The notes: a model not told the origin generated them from the letters alone. A stretch of DNA of 64,000 nucleotides from an uncultured Ignavibacteria bacterium (GCA_964627935.1 CAZVLB010000001.1:308626-372625); one strand, 5' to 3'. Positions 20,791 through 29,728 are shown, numbered from the stretch's first letter. Translations and numbers: made by a program.

Positions 20791-22278
20791 ATGAAATTAG
20801 CAAAGACACTGGGCGAACTGAAAAAGATGGGCTATAAAAGCCTCTCCACAAAAGATGAACTCAGAAAAAACCTGATTCGCATGATAAAGGAAAATAAACC
20901 TCGTTTTCCGGGCATAATCGGCTACGAACGCAGTGTTATACCACAACTGGAAAACGCCATACTTTCAAGGCATGATCTGCTTCTGCTGGGTCTGCGCGGC
21001 CAGGCCAAGACACGGATCCTGCGTCAGTTGAGTAACCTGCTGGATGAGTATATACCGGTCATCAAGGGCAGTCAATTGAACGAGGATCCATTTGTGCCGA
21101 TTTCGGATAAATATATCAAACTGGCCTCAGAGGCCGGGGATGAACTGGAAATCGAATGGCTGCATCGTGACCAGCGCTACAATGAAAAGCTGGCCACCCC
21201 GGATGTGACCGTGGCCGACCTGATCGGCGATCTCGATCCGATTAAGGCCGTGCGCGAGAAGCTGGATATTTCCAATGAAGAGGTGATTCACTGGGGTATT
21301 GTCCCGCGCACAAACCGGGGCATATTTGCAATCAATGAGCTTCCCGATCTTCAGCCGCGTATCCAGGTGGCGCTCTTAAATATTCTCGAGGAAAACGATC
21401 TTCAGATTCGCGGATTTCCGATTCGAATTCCATTGGATATGGTGCTGGCATTTACAGCCAATCCGGAGGATTATACCAACCGGGGCAATATCATCACGCC
21501 CCTGAAGGATAGAATTGCCTCGCAAATAAATACGCATTATCCGAAAAATCTCGAAGATTCGCGCAGGATCACCGAGCAGGAGGCCTGGGCCACGCGTGAT
21601 GTCACCATCCAGGTACCGGATATAATGAAAGATATCATCGAGGAAATAGCATTCCGTGCCCGTGAAAGCGAATATGTCGATCAGACCTCCGGAGTATCGG
21701 CCCGTCTGACAATATCGGCCTATGAAAACCTGCTTTCCAATATCGAGCGGCGCGCGGCAATAAATAACGACAGTGATATATATCCGCGAGTTTCCGACCT
21801 GTATGCGGTTCTTCCATCTATTATGGGCAAGATTGAACTGGTTTATGAAGGCGAGCAGGAGGGGCCCAATATCGTGGCCGTAAATCTTATCGGTGAGGCG
21901 GTCAGGGCCGTATTCGATCGTGTATTTCCTCCTCCCAGGACCGAGCACAGAAGAGCACAAATTGATGATGATGAAATCGATCATCCCTCACTGCGCGAGG
22001 AATCTATCTATGAGCCGATTGTCGATTTCTTTTCGTCCGGCCGCAAGCTGGAGATTTCCGATGAAATGCCCTATGCCGAGTATAAGAAATCGCTGTATGA
22101 TATTGTGGGATTGAAAGAGATCGTCAAGAAATACCTTGAGCCCAAAGATGAACATGAGCTTCTGGTGATGATGGAATTCGTGCTCGAGGGGCTCCATCAG
22201 TTCAATATCATAGCCAAGGAATCGCCGGACAACAAATATATTTACACCGATATGATTCAGAGAATCCTGAGGAGCTGA
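20791..22278 (+). CDS. AAA+ ATPase of the Mg-chelatase/MoxR-like group with deviant Walker A
   Basis: GLRGQAKTR P-loop-like motif, Walker B-like IFAINELPD, arginine-rich sensor region; start at ATG 20791 with SD GGAAGG (the ORF track begins at an upstream TTG). Followed immediately by a VWA gene. Confidence 0.6.
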   Translation: MKLAKTLGELKKMGYKSLSTKDELRKNLIRMIKENKPRFPGIIGYERSVIPQLENAILSRHDLLLLGLRGQAKTRILRQLSNLLDEYIPVIKGSQLNEDPFVPISDKYIKLASEAGDELEIEWLHRDQRYNEKLATPDVTVADLIGDLDPIKAVREKLDISNEEVIHWGIVPRTNRGIFAINELPDLQPRIQVALLNILEENDLQIRGFPIRIPLDMVLAFTANPEDYTNRGNIITPLKDRIASQINTHYPKNLEDSRRITEQEAWATRDVTIQVPDIMKDIIEEIAFRARESEYVDQTSGVSARLTISAYENLLSNIERRAAINNDSDIYPRVSDLYAVLPSIMGKIELVYEGEQEGPNIVAVNLIGEAVRAVFDRVFPPPRTEHRRAQIDDDEIDHPSLREESIYEPIVDFFSSGRKLEISDEMPYAEYKKSLYDIVGLKEIVKKYLEPKDEHELLVMMEFVLEGLHQFNIIAKESPDNKYIYTDMIQRILRS

Positions 22279-22283
22279 CAACT

Positions 22284-23375
22284 ATGCGTTTTATATATTC
22301 GGAATGGGATGATTCCGCTTTTGAACAATTGAAATATATGCGCGACCTGATGTCGATCTTTAATTACCTGTTGCTTCAAGTCAATGGCGATGCGGATCGG
22401 GCATTGGAGCTGATGCGCAAATTGAAGGGCGCGGGAGTCCTGCCCAAAGATTATGATCTGGAGAAATTCGAAAAACAGCTCCAGAAAGACAACATGGTTC
22501 AAAAGCAGGATCAAAGATTTTCCCTGACACGCAAGGGTGAGCGTGGTCTCAGGCGCGATTCCTTCGAGCAGATTTTCCAGCATCTGCGCAAAGCCGGTCC
22601 GGGTGGCCACAAAATACCGCTGGATGGCGGGGCATCAGAAGAAGCATTGCCCGAAAAGCGGGATTATAAGTTCGGCGATGAATTCAGTAAGATCGATTTT
22701 AAATCATCGTTGATGAATTCGATCACACGCACCGGTTCGCTGGGCATGGATATGTCCGAGGAGGACCTGGAGGTTTATGAGGCCGAGCAGAAAACCAGTT
22801 GCGCGACTGTGATGCTGATCGATGTTTCTCATTCGATGGTACTCTACGGCGAGGATAGAATTACGCCTGCCAAGCAGGTGGCCATGGCATTTTCGGAGCT
22901 GATTCTTACAAAGTATCCCAAGGACAGCCTCAATATCGTTCTTTTCGGCGATTTCGCTAAAGAGGTGCAGGTCAAGGAACTGCCTTACATCGGGGTGGGA
23001 CCGTATCATACCAATACCAAGGCCGGGTTGCAGATGGCGCGCAATATTCTCTTGAAAAAGAAGAATGTAAACAAGCAGATCTTCATGATCACCGACGGTA
23101 AGCCCTCGATGATTAACCGCCGCAATGGCAGTATATACAAAAACCCGATCGGGCTCGATCCGGTGATTGTTAATCGTACGCTGGATGAGGCGATAATCTG
23201 CCGCCGCAAAAAAATCCCGATTACGACATTCATGATTACTGACGATCCCTATCTGCAGCAGTTCGTGGCCAGGATGACCGAACTCAATCATGGCCGGGCC
23301 TATTTTTCATCTGCGCAGAATCTGGGCGATTATATCTTCTGGGATTTCGTCAGCCATCGACGCAAAAAGAAATAA
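22284..23375 (+). CDS. von Willebrand factor type A (VWA) domain protein, partner of the upstream AAA+ ATPase
   Basis: MIDAS-like motif (VMLIDVSHSM) and Rossmann-like VWA core (IFMITDGKPS). Confidence 0.7.
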   Translation: MRFIYSEWDDSAFEQLKYMRDLMSIFNYLLLQVNGDADRALELMRKLKGAGVLPKDYDLEKFEKQLQKDNMVQKQDQRFSLTRKGERGLRRDSFEQIFQHLRKAGPGGHKIPLDGGASEEALPEKRDYKFGDEFSKIDFKSSLMNSITRTGSLGMDMSEEDLEVYEAEQKTSCATVMLIDVSHSMVLYGEDRITPAKQVAMAFSELILTKYPKDSLNIVLFGDFAKEVQVKELPYIGVGPYHTNTKAGLQMARNILLKKKNVNKQIFMITDGKPSMINRRNGSIYKNPIGLDPVIVNRTLDEAIICRRKKIPITTFMITDDPYLQQFVARMTELNHGRAYFSSAQNLGDYIFWDFVSHRRKKK

Positions 23376-23378
23376 AAA

Positions 23379-23407
23379 ATACCGCACGGGCCCCGGGCGG
23401 TATTTCT
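23379..23407. terminator. GC-rich hairpin between convergent genes (VWA gene and OMP gene), probably bidirectional
   Basis: ATACCGCACGGGCCCCGGGCGGTAT with an A-run on one side and TTTCT on the other. Confidence 0.5.
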
Positions 23408-23430
23408 ATGAGCATATTAATTAGCCCTAA

Positions 23431-24513
23431 TCAAAATCTTACCAGAAATCCGAGTGTTGCCGAGAAGCTGTCATATTCAAAAAGCTTATAGGTTGAATTA
23501 TTATTCTGATAATCTATTCTTAAAGATGGCTCCAGGTGTAAACCCGAACTCATCGGCATCGGCCAGCTGGCATTCAGGTACAGCCGCCTCTGGTCGTCAT
23601 TGCGATGCCTGACCCAATCGAGGGGCTCGAGGCTGGTCAGAAAACGTTTATCCCAGTAACCCGCTCCGCCTGTCAGGATTACGCTGGGTATTATATATGC
23701 CTTAAGATTCAAGATAACCGACCTGCCATCCCAGACCGAGGCCCATGGCGACAAAAAGCCGGTGGCATAACTGAGCACATACTGCCCTCCATAATCGGAG
23801 AACTCGGAATAATAAAATGTCAGGTTCATGCCGATTTTATTGCCCAGCGGACGGGAATAGCGGGGGGAGAAGTAAAACATCTTCAGGTCACCTTCGATAA
23901 AACCCAGCACCTGGGGCCAGGTGTAAATCGTTGATGTGTCGATGTAATTATAATTGGCGAATGAATAACCGACCTCGAGGTCAAAGCTGTTTTTGCCGAA
24001 CAGGGTGACATTGCTTCCCGCGAAAATCTCGAAGGCCTCTTTATCGGCTTCATCGGAGTTGACATATTTCGAACTGCTGTATTTGGCCCCAAAACGTATC
24101 TGCGCAGTACCCGTAAGATTAAATCCCATAGATGCCAGCATATCCAGGTCATTTGTGTTATAGACACTGAATGACTCTCGATATGAACGACTCTGATAGT
24201 TAAGATTGAGGTACAGCGCCAGGGGAAAATTATCGGGAGTCGGAATGGCGGTTATCGATCCGCCCGCTACAATATTGCCCAGGCCGACAATTTCATGATA
24301 ATAATTGTATTCGCTGTTCAGACTGATTTCCACCTGGGGAATTGGATAATAATTAAATCTGCCGGCCGAGCGTGAATAAGAATCGCTTATCCCCGATGAA
24401 TCGAGCAGAAGATTGTCGCTGAAGTTCTTGCTGAAATTGAATTCAAAACCGAAATCGGCATAGGCGCCTGATGCCATCAGGAGAATTAAAGCGGAAACAA
24501 GTAATGATTTCAT
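23431..24513 (-). CDS. Putative outer-membrane beta-barrel protein
   Basis: Signal peptide (LLVSALILLMASGAYA), alternating hydrophobic/aromatic-rich beta-strand pattern, C-terminal ...LGFLVRF ending in Phe. Confidence 0.6.
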   Translation of the reverse strand: MKSLLVSALILLMASGAYADFGFEFNFSKNFSDNLLLDSSGISDSYSRSAGRFNYYPIPQVEISLNSEYNYYHEIVGLGNIVAGGSITAIPTPDNFPLALYLNLNYQSRSYRESFSVYNTNDLDMLASMGFNLTGTAQIRFGAKYSSSKYVNSDEADKEAFEIFAGSNVTLFGKNSFDLEVGYSFANYNYIDTSTIYTWPQVLGFIEGDLKMFYFSPRYSRPLGNKIGMNLTFYYSEFSDYGGQYVLSYATGFLSPWASVWDGRSVILNLKAYIIPSVILTGGAGYWDKRFLTSLEPLDWVRHRNDDQRRLYLNASWPMPMSSGLHLEPSLRIDYQNNNSTYKLFEYDSFSATLGFLVRF

Positions 24514-24531
24514 AATCAGGTCCCGGGATGA

Positions 24532-24978
24532 TCAGTAACACACTCCGCCCGGGCAGCCGCTCGAGACTGCGCCGCTGCCAATACCATTGCCGGCCCCGAA
24601 ATCATTACCGGCCTCGAAGCCGCCGCGCAGGCTGGAAATCCCGCAGCAGTTGCTTGAAAGCCTGCCGAATCTTTCGGAGTTGGCCATGTATATTGTCAGG
24701 TCGAATGTGTTTAGCTGTCCAAAAGGTGAATTGGTGGGCTGTTCTATATCTTCATTTGATTCCTGATTGTATTCGTTTTCCTTGTTCTCGGAAACATCCG
24801 GGATCCCGTTGGCATCTTCATCAGTCAGATTATCATCAAAACCATCGCCGTCACGGTCGACAAATGATTCTTCGGCCTGTTTGTCCCTCTCAACATCATT
24901 CGCCGAAACAAATGCCGGTATGATCAGAAATAGAGTAAACATAAGGAGTGTGAGAGTTTTAATCAGGGTTGATCTCAT
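24532..24978 (-). CDS. Small secreted acidic protein with calcium-binding-like DxDGDG motifs and a Cys/Gly-rich C-terminus
   Basis: Start at internal ATG preceded by AGGAGG; signal peptide; DRDGDGFDDNLTDEDANGIPD (TSP3/EF-hand-like); C-terminal GNDFGAGNGIGSGAVSSGCPGGVCY. 19 bp upstream of the OMP gene, likely co-transcribed. Confidence 0.5.
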   Translation of the reverse strand: MRSTLIKTLTLLMFTLFLIIPAFVSANDVERDKQAEESFVDRDGDGFDDNLTDEDANGIPDVSENKENEYNQESNEDIEQPTNSPFGQLNTFDLTIYMANSERFGRLSSNCCGISSLRGGFEAGNDFGAGNGIGSGAVSSGCPGGVCY

Positions 24979-25183
24979 GCTGATCCTCCTGCTGTCTATA
25001 CAAAGCTTTAGGTTTGATTTTTCTCGCATTCAATTGAACTATAATATATACGCTTAAAAATATAATCAATTAGCTAAGTTTATCAAGAAGATAAACTATT
25101 TTCTTCGTATCACATATAAACAAAATAACACAAGTGATCCAATATCAGCAAATTAAACCAATTTGGCCGGAAAATGCCATAAA

Positions 25184-25210
25184 ATTATGCAATAAAATAT
25201 GTTGCATAAT
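25184..25210 (+). promoter_or_regulatory. Perfect 9-bp inverted repeat, candidate operator upstream of the first dockerin-family gene
   Basis: ATTATGCAA-n9-TTGCATAAT in the AT-rich region ~85 bp upstream of the start at 25295. Confidence 0.3.
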
Positions 25211-25294
25211 TGCAAAATTTACTTATTTTATAATGATTACTGGCCAAAATGCCTTGCTTAAATGCTACTGCTAACATATAGGAGGAATAGCCTC

Positions 25295-26722
25295 ATGCGC
25301 ATCACGAGATGTAAACACATCCGGCATTCTGGCGCAATTCTATTTTCTCTCCTGTTTTTATTGATCTCAGCAGTTACACTGACAGCCTCGGACTTCGTGG
25401 CTGACAAGGACAAAGCCTGTCTCTATGAAGGCAATCTTGAAAGTGTGCAACCGGCTGATCATGAATTTCCGGAGGGTCTTAAGAATCGTGCGCCCTACCA
25501 GGGGGTATTGAAAATTTATGTCTGCGAAAAGGTCTCACGTTATAATGATTATCAGGGCGATCCCTACGAGCATGGATTTCTTGAGTTTGCCTATGATACG
25601 TCATTGAATCTCGAGTATCAGCAGACATTTAATCGCACGCTTACATGGGATCCCGCCAATCATGGCTGGAGCGGCGTTACCTCCGATAATATCGAGGTGA
25701 TCGCGGTACTTTTTAACCACATGGAAGGCCATCATGCTTATTCCGATCCGCCCAGCGGTGGTCATTTTCTGGCCTACTATGCTGATGCGACTGCAAAGGC
25801 CGAACCGGGTGGAACCGGCCATAATCAGGCCAGTGGCAGTTATACTCATACAGTATTTGTTGAAGAAGCAACATCGGGTACATGAGGATCCTGTCCAGCA
25901 ACGCGGGTCGCGTTGAGCACACTGTACGGGTTCGGAACCCACAATTTCCACTATGTTGCATTAGTTACCCAAAATTCATATGTTGGCCAGAGATTGAGCC
26001 AGCTAAATACCTACTATACTCCAACGACATACATCGATGCCGGCCAATCGCTTGTGGTCGGTGGCTACAGTAACCCCAGTTATTATGGCGGATTTATTGA
26101 AACCTCCGGCGAAAGACAGGTGCCCGAAATAGACCTTATCGTCAGTATGACCGCACAGGCAGGAAATACATATGAAATTGATATTTCGGCAACCCTGAAT
26201 ACTTTTATCAATGCCCCACCAAACAAGCCCTCGATCCCGGCCGGCGTGCAGCAGGGCACACTCATGACCGATTAAACTTACACAAGCTCGACAACTGATA
26301 TTGAAGGTGACCAGTTGTGGTACAAGTGGGACTGGGGTGACGGTCAGCAGAGTGACTGGCTGGGACCGTATGAATCCGGCGAGGAAGCTTCGGCTACTCA
26401 CAGCTGGGATGTGTCAAATACATACCAGATCAAGGTCAAGGCCAAAGATATCTATGATGCCGAAAGCTTATGGTCGACAGCATTCTTTGCTTATTTTGAA
26501 GGTATGCCATATATTTGCGGTGATGCAAACGGCGATGAGGGGATCAATGTCTCCGATGCTGTCTGGATCATCAACTATGTGTTCGTAACCGGAAGTCCTC
26601 CACCGGATCCATTGGAATCCGGCAATGTCAATTGTGACAGCGGAGTGAATGTCTCCGATGCTGTCTGGATCATCAATTACGTTTTCGTAACCGGCAGCCC
26701 CGGACCATGCGAATGCAAGTAA
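25295..26722 (+). pseudogene. Secreted PKD-domain / dockerin-like protein gene interrupted by two in-frame stop codons (TGA 25883-25885, TAA 26273-26275)
   Basis: ORFs 25262-25885, 25913-26275 and 26315-26722 are all in the same frame. SD GGAGG and signal peptide at the 5' end; a PKD domain (TYTSSTTDIEGDQLWYKWDWGDG...) straddles the TAA; the dockerin-like module is at the 3' end. Confidence 0.6.
26546..26694 (+). repeat. Intragenic tandem duplication of the dockerin-repeat coding segment (two ~47-bp near-identical copies, 102-bp period)
   Basis: AATGTCTCCGATGCTGTCTGGATCATCAACTATGTGTTCGTAACCGG (26546-26592) vs AATGTCTCCGATGCTGTCTGGATCATCAATTACGTTTTCGTAACCGG (26648-26694); related copies occur in the five other dockerin-family genes on both strands. 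Confidence 0.8.
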
Positions 26723-26740
26723 TATAGAATACCACTATTG

Positions 26741-26777
26741 ATCCGCGTCTGATATACTGGACGCGGATTTTTTTTTG
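26741..26777 (+). terminator. Rho-independent terminator after the interrupted dockerin gene
   Basis: ATCCGCGTC-tgatatactg-GACGCGGAT followed by a 9-T run. Confidence 0.8.
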
Positions 26778-26790
26778 GCTTTTCCACATA

Positions 26791-26815
26791 ATACAAGATG
26801 TAAAAAGTCTTGTAT
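26791..26815 (+). promoter_or_regulatory. 8-bp perfect inverted repeat between terminator and promoter upstream of the C25-like gene
   Basis: ATACAAGA-tgtaaaaag-TCTTGTAT immediately 5' of the putative promoter. Confidence 0.25.
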
Positions 26816-26842
26816 GGCATTCAATCACATAGAGTTAAATGG

Positions 26843-26870
26843 TTGACATTGAAGTAAATCTAAATATATT
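26843..26870 (+). promoter_or_regulatory. Putative sigma-70-type promoter for the C25-like peptidase gene
   Basis: TTGACA (26843-26848), 16-bp spacer, TATATT (26865-26870), ~155 bp upstream of the start codon. Confidence 0.3.
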
Positions 26871-27026
26871 TAGAGTACAAATGATGGTCATATCTGTCTC
26901 ATTTATGGTCTTACATACGCTATCCTCAAAAGGATGGACTTCTATGGGATAAAGCAACAGGCTTCCAAAAGTTTTTTCTCACAAAAGTGAAAATGATAAT
27001 CTTCATATAATCCGAAGGGAAAAAAG

Positions 27027-29531
27027 ATGCAATCGGACAGCTCATGCGCCAAAAAATCAAATGTGATTAGAATCACTATTCTTTCATTTTTTTCTGTACT
27101 GGTCTTGACTGCGGCCCTCTATGGCGGAGAGGTCACGGTCAGTTATGATTTCCAGGCTCCTGTTATTGAGAAGGTCATAATCGATGGCAAGATGTATGAT
27201 CGAGTGATCATGCCACAGACCTCGAATGGGGGAGAGACGGGCGAGCCCTCATTGCCATCCTCCGGAGCAAAAATTCTGATTCCGGCCAACTCCCGGGTTG
27301 AATCAATCCAGGTTACATTGGGTGATGAAATCTCCCTGGGCGATGGATTCTCAGTCGAGCCGTGTGGCTATCCGTTCAAGCTAAGCGCGCCCGAAGAGAT
27401 AGTTCCACCGCAACCGGATGCACAGATATATTCATCCGATGAGGCTTTTCCGGGAATAACGTATGAGCGAATAAATACTTATACATTGCGTGGCTATGAT
27501 ATCCTTATCCTTAAGCTTAATCCGGTACAGTATAAGCCGCTCAGCGGTGAACTTTCCTATTCTGATCAAATGCAGATTACTGTCAATACTGCAGATGCAG
27601 TTTACAGCAGGGAGACTTTTCGGGGAACGGCATCGGATGAACAGTCCGTGATCGATATCGTGGACAATCCCGAGACAGTTTTTTCGTATCGATCACTGCC
27701 GTCAAAAAATTATGGCGGCCGCGATCAATATGATCTGTTGATCATCACCAGCGAGGCGCTTAAACCGGCTTTCGATACGCTCAAGGCCTACCATGATTCC
27801 ACCGGAATGTCGACCTCGATACGAACCGAAGTCGATCTTGATATTTCCAGCGCATACCTGGTGAGAAAGTATATCAGGGATTTCTATAATGACTATGGAA
27901 TCGAGTATGTCCTGATAGGTGCGGATGATAATATCATCCCGGCTATGGATCTGTATGTGAAATCGTGGGACGGATATAATCCAGAAATTGAATATGAAAT
28001 GCCCGGCGATATCTACTTCGCCTGCCTTGATGATACATGGAATCATGACCGCGATGAGCACTGGGGAGAACCCAATGATGGGCCCGACGGCGGTGATGTC
28101 GATCTTATGGCCGATGTAAATGTCGGCCGTGCCTCTGTGGGCAATATCCCTGAGGCCAACAACTTTGTGCGCAAGACCATTGATTATGCCAACCTGTCCC
28201 GTTCGCAGCCGTATTTGCAGAATATCCTGCTGGTGGGTGAACATCTCGGTTTCGGGGGAGTCAGCGAATATGCCGGTAACTGCATGGATCAGCTCAAAAA
28301 CACATCATCATCAGACGGCTATACGACAACCGGGTTCGACACCAGCCTGTATGTTGTCGACCAGCTTTATGACCGCGACTGGACCGGAAACAACTGGCCC
28401 AAGGCTCAGGTTGTAAATCGCATAAATGAGGGCCGTCATTTTGTAAATCACCTCGGTCATGGCAGTCCCGGCTATGCCATGAAAATGTATAACAGCGATG
28501 TTGCCTATCTGACCAATGATGATTACTGCTTTGTATACTCGCAAACCTGCCTGGCGGGACATTTTGATAACACAGATTGTTTTGCCGAGTATATGACCAT
28601 AAAATATATGAATGGCGCATTTGCAATTGTCATGAATGCCCGTTACGGCTGGGGAATGTCAAACAGCACCGATGGTCCCTCGCAGAGATTCCACAGGCAG
28701 TTCCTGGATGCGATTTATGCCGAAAACACGCGCTCATTCAGCAAAGCCAACCATGATTCCAAACATGACAACCTGTATCGAATAAATCAGAGCTGTATGC
28801 GCTGGTGCTATTATGAGCTCAACCTTTTCGGCGATCCGACACTGGAGATGAATTATCACTGCGTCGATCCGGATGCCGATGGTTTTGCCACGCCCGGTTA
28901 TGAAAACAGCGAATGCCCGACCGACAACTGCCCCGGTTTTTATAACCCGGATCAGCTCGACAGCGACGGCGATGGTTTCGGCGACAGCTGTGACCTGTGC
29001 CAGGGATTCGATGATAATATAGACAGCGATGCCGATGGTGTCCCGGATGGCTGTGATATGTGCGCCGGTTATGACGATTATGCCGATGCGGATGAAGACA
29101 CTGTTCCGGATGGCTGCGATGTCTGCCCGGGTCATGATGACCTTCTGGACAGCGATGGCGATCTGCTGGCAGATGGATGTGATAACTGCCCCGATCATGC
29201 CAACGCCGAACAGCTCGATTATGACCAGGATGGGGTCGGAGATTTATGTGATAACTGTCCCGGCGACAGCAATCCGGATCAGGCCGATTCAGATTCTGAC
29301 GGTACCGGCGATGTCTGCGAATACATATGCGGTGACTGTAATGCCGATGGCGCGGTGAATGTCTCCGATGCGGTCGGTATTATCAATTACGTGTTCGTCT
29401 CAGGCAGTCCGGAACCGGATCCGATGGAATCCGGGGATGTTAATTGTGATGATAATGTTGATGTGTCCGATGGTGTTTACATCATCAACTTTATCTTTAC
29501 AAATGGGGATAACCCCTGCGACTGTGAATAG
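27027..29531 (+). CDS. Secreted clan-CD cysteine peptidase (gingipain/C25-like) with thrombospondin type 3 repeats and C-terminal dockerin-like module
   Basis: Signal peptide; His-Gly (VNHLGHGSPG) and Cys (YSQTCLAGHFD) dyad motifs in caspase-like order; ~8 TSP3-like repeats (DxDxDGxxDxCDxC); C-terminal CGDCNADGAVNVSDAVGIINYVF...PCDCE. Confidence 0.6.
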   Translation: MQSDSSCAKKSNVIRITILSFFSVLVLTAALYGGEVTVSYDFQAPVIEKVIIDGKMYDRVIMPQTSNGGETGEPSLPSSGAKILIPANSRVESIQVTLGDEISLGDGFSVEPCGYPFKLSAPEEIVPPQPDAQIYSSDEAFPGITYERINTYTLRGYDILILKLNPVQYKPLSGELSYSDQMQITVNTADAVYSRETFRGTASDEQSVIDIVDNPETVFSYRSLPSKNYGGRDQYDLLIITSEALKPAFDTLKAYHDSTGMSTSIRTEVDLDISSAYLVRKYIRDFYNDYGIEYVLIGADDNIIPAMDLYVKSWDGYNPEIEYEMPGDIYFACLDDTWNHDRDEHWGEPNDGPDGGDVDLMADVNVGRASVGNIPEANNFVRKTIDYANLSRSQPYLQNILLVGEHLGFGGVSEYAGNCMDQLKNTSSSDGYTTTGFDTSLYVVDQLYDRDWTGNNWPKAQVVNRINEGRHFVNHLGHGSPGYAMKMYNSDVAYLTNDDYCFVYSQTCLAGHFDNTDCFAEYMTIKYMNGAFAIVMNARYGWGMSNSTDGPSQRFHRQFLDAIYAENTRSFSKANHDSKHDNLYRINQSCMRWCYYELNLFGDPTLEMNYHCVDPDADGFATPGYENSECPTDNCPGFYNPDQLDSDGDGFGDSCDLCQGFDDNIDSDADGVPDGCDMCAGYDDYADADEDTVPDGCDVCPGHDDLLDSDGDLLADGCDNCPDHANAEQLDYDQDGVGDLCDNCPGDSNPDQADSDSDGTGDVCEYICGDCNADGAVNVSDAVGIINYVFVSGSPEPDPMESGDVNCDDNVDVSDGVYIINFIFTNGDNPCDCE

Positions 29532-29550
29532 TATAATTTAGTATAAAGAC

Positions 29551-29590
29551 GGCCCGGTCAGAGCTTTTGGCCGGGCTTCTTATTATTTGA
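29551..29590 (+). terminator. Rho-independent terminator after the C25-like peptidase gene
   Basis: GCCCGG-tcagagcttttg-CCGGGC followed by TTCTTATTATTT. Confidence 0.6.
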
Positions 29591-29614
29591 CAAATTTCGC
29601 ACTTGAGTTATATT
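29587..29614 (+). promoter_or_regulatory. Putative sigma-70-type promoter for gene 29729-31210
   Basis: TTGACA (29587-29592), 16-bp spacer, TATATT (29609-29614); same architecture as the 26843 element. Confidence 0.3.
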
Positions 29615-29728
29615 CTCATAAGGTACAACCGGCCATCAGGGCCGAAATTACCTGCCTTAAATTTACAGGCTTGATTCATAGACCTTAGTACCCGATAGTA
29701 AATATATATTGCCTGAAAGGGACCTGTT

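Noticed and set aside
20625-20851. Two overlapping short ORFs (plus 20625-20837, minus 20654-20851) upstream of the AAA+ ATPase gene
   Set aside because: They overlap each other and the probable promoter and 5' end of the ATPase gene; no motifs or ribosome-binding site.
25883-26275. Possibility that the organism uses a recoded genetic code (TGA or TAA as sense codons)
   Set aside because: Conserved housekeeping genes in the same window terminate normally at TGA (serS, ilvE, HEAT-repeat gene) and TAA (tsaE, histidine kinase, thiolase), so both are ordinary stops. The interruptions are gene-specific.
29334-29528. Interpretation of the shared C-terminal module as a type IX secretion system C-terminal domain
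   Set aside because: The module is only ~65 aa and consists of two EF-hand/dockerin-type calcium loops (D-x-N-x-D...N..D) rather than the ~80-100-aa Ig-like beta-sandwich of T9SS domains. Kept only as an alternative hypothesis to be tested by HMM search.
29029-29541. His/Met/Pro-rich alternative-frame ORFs (29029-29358, 29359-29541, 32399-32626) inside the thrombospondin-repeat regions
   Set aside because: They are artefacts of the repetitive GAT/GGC/GAC codon usage of the TSP3 repeats read in the wrong frame.
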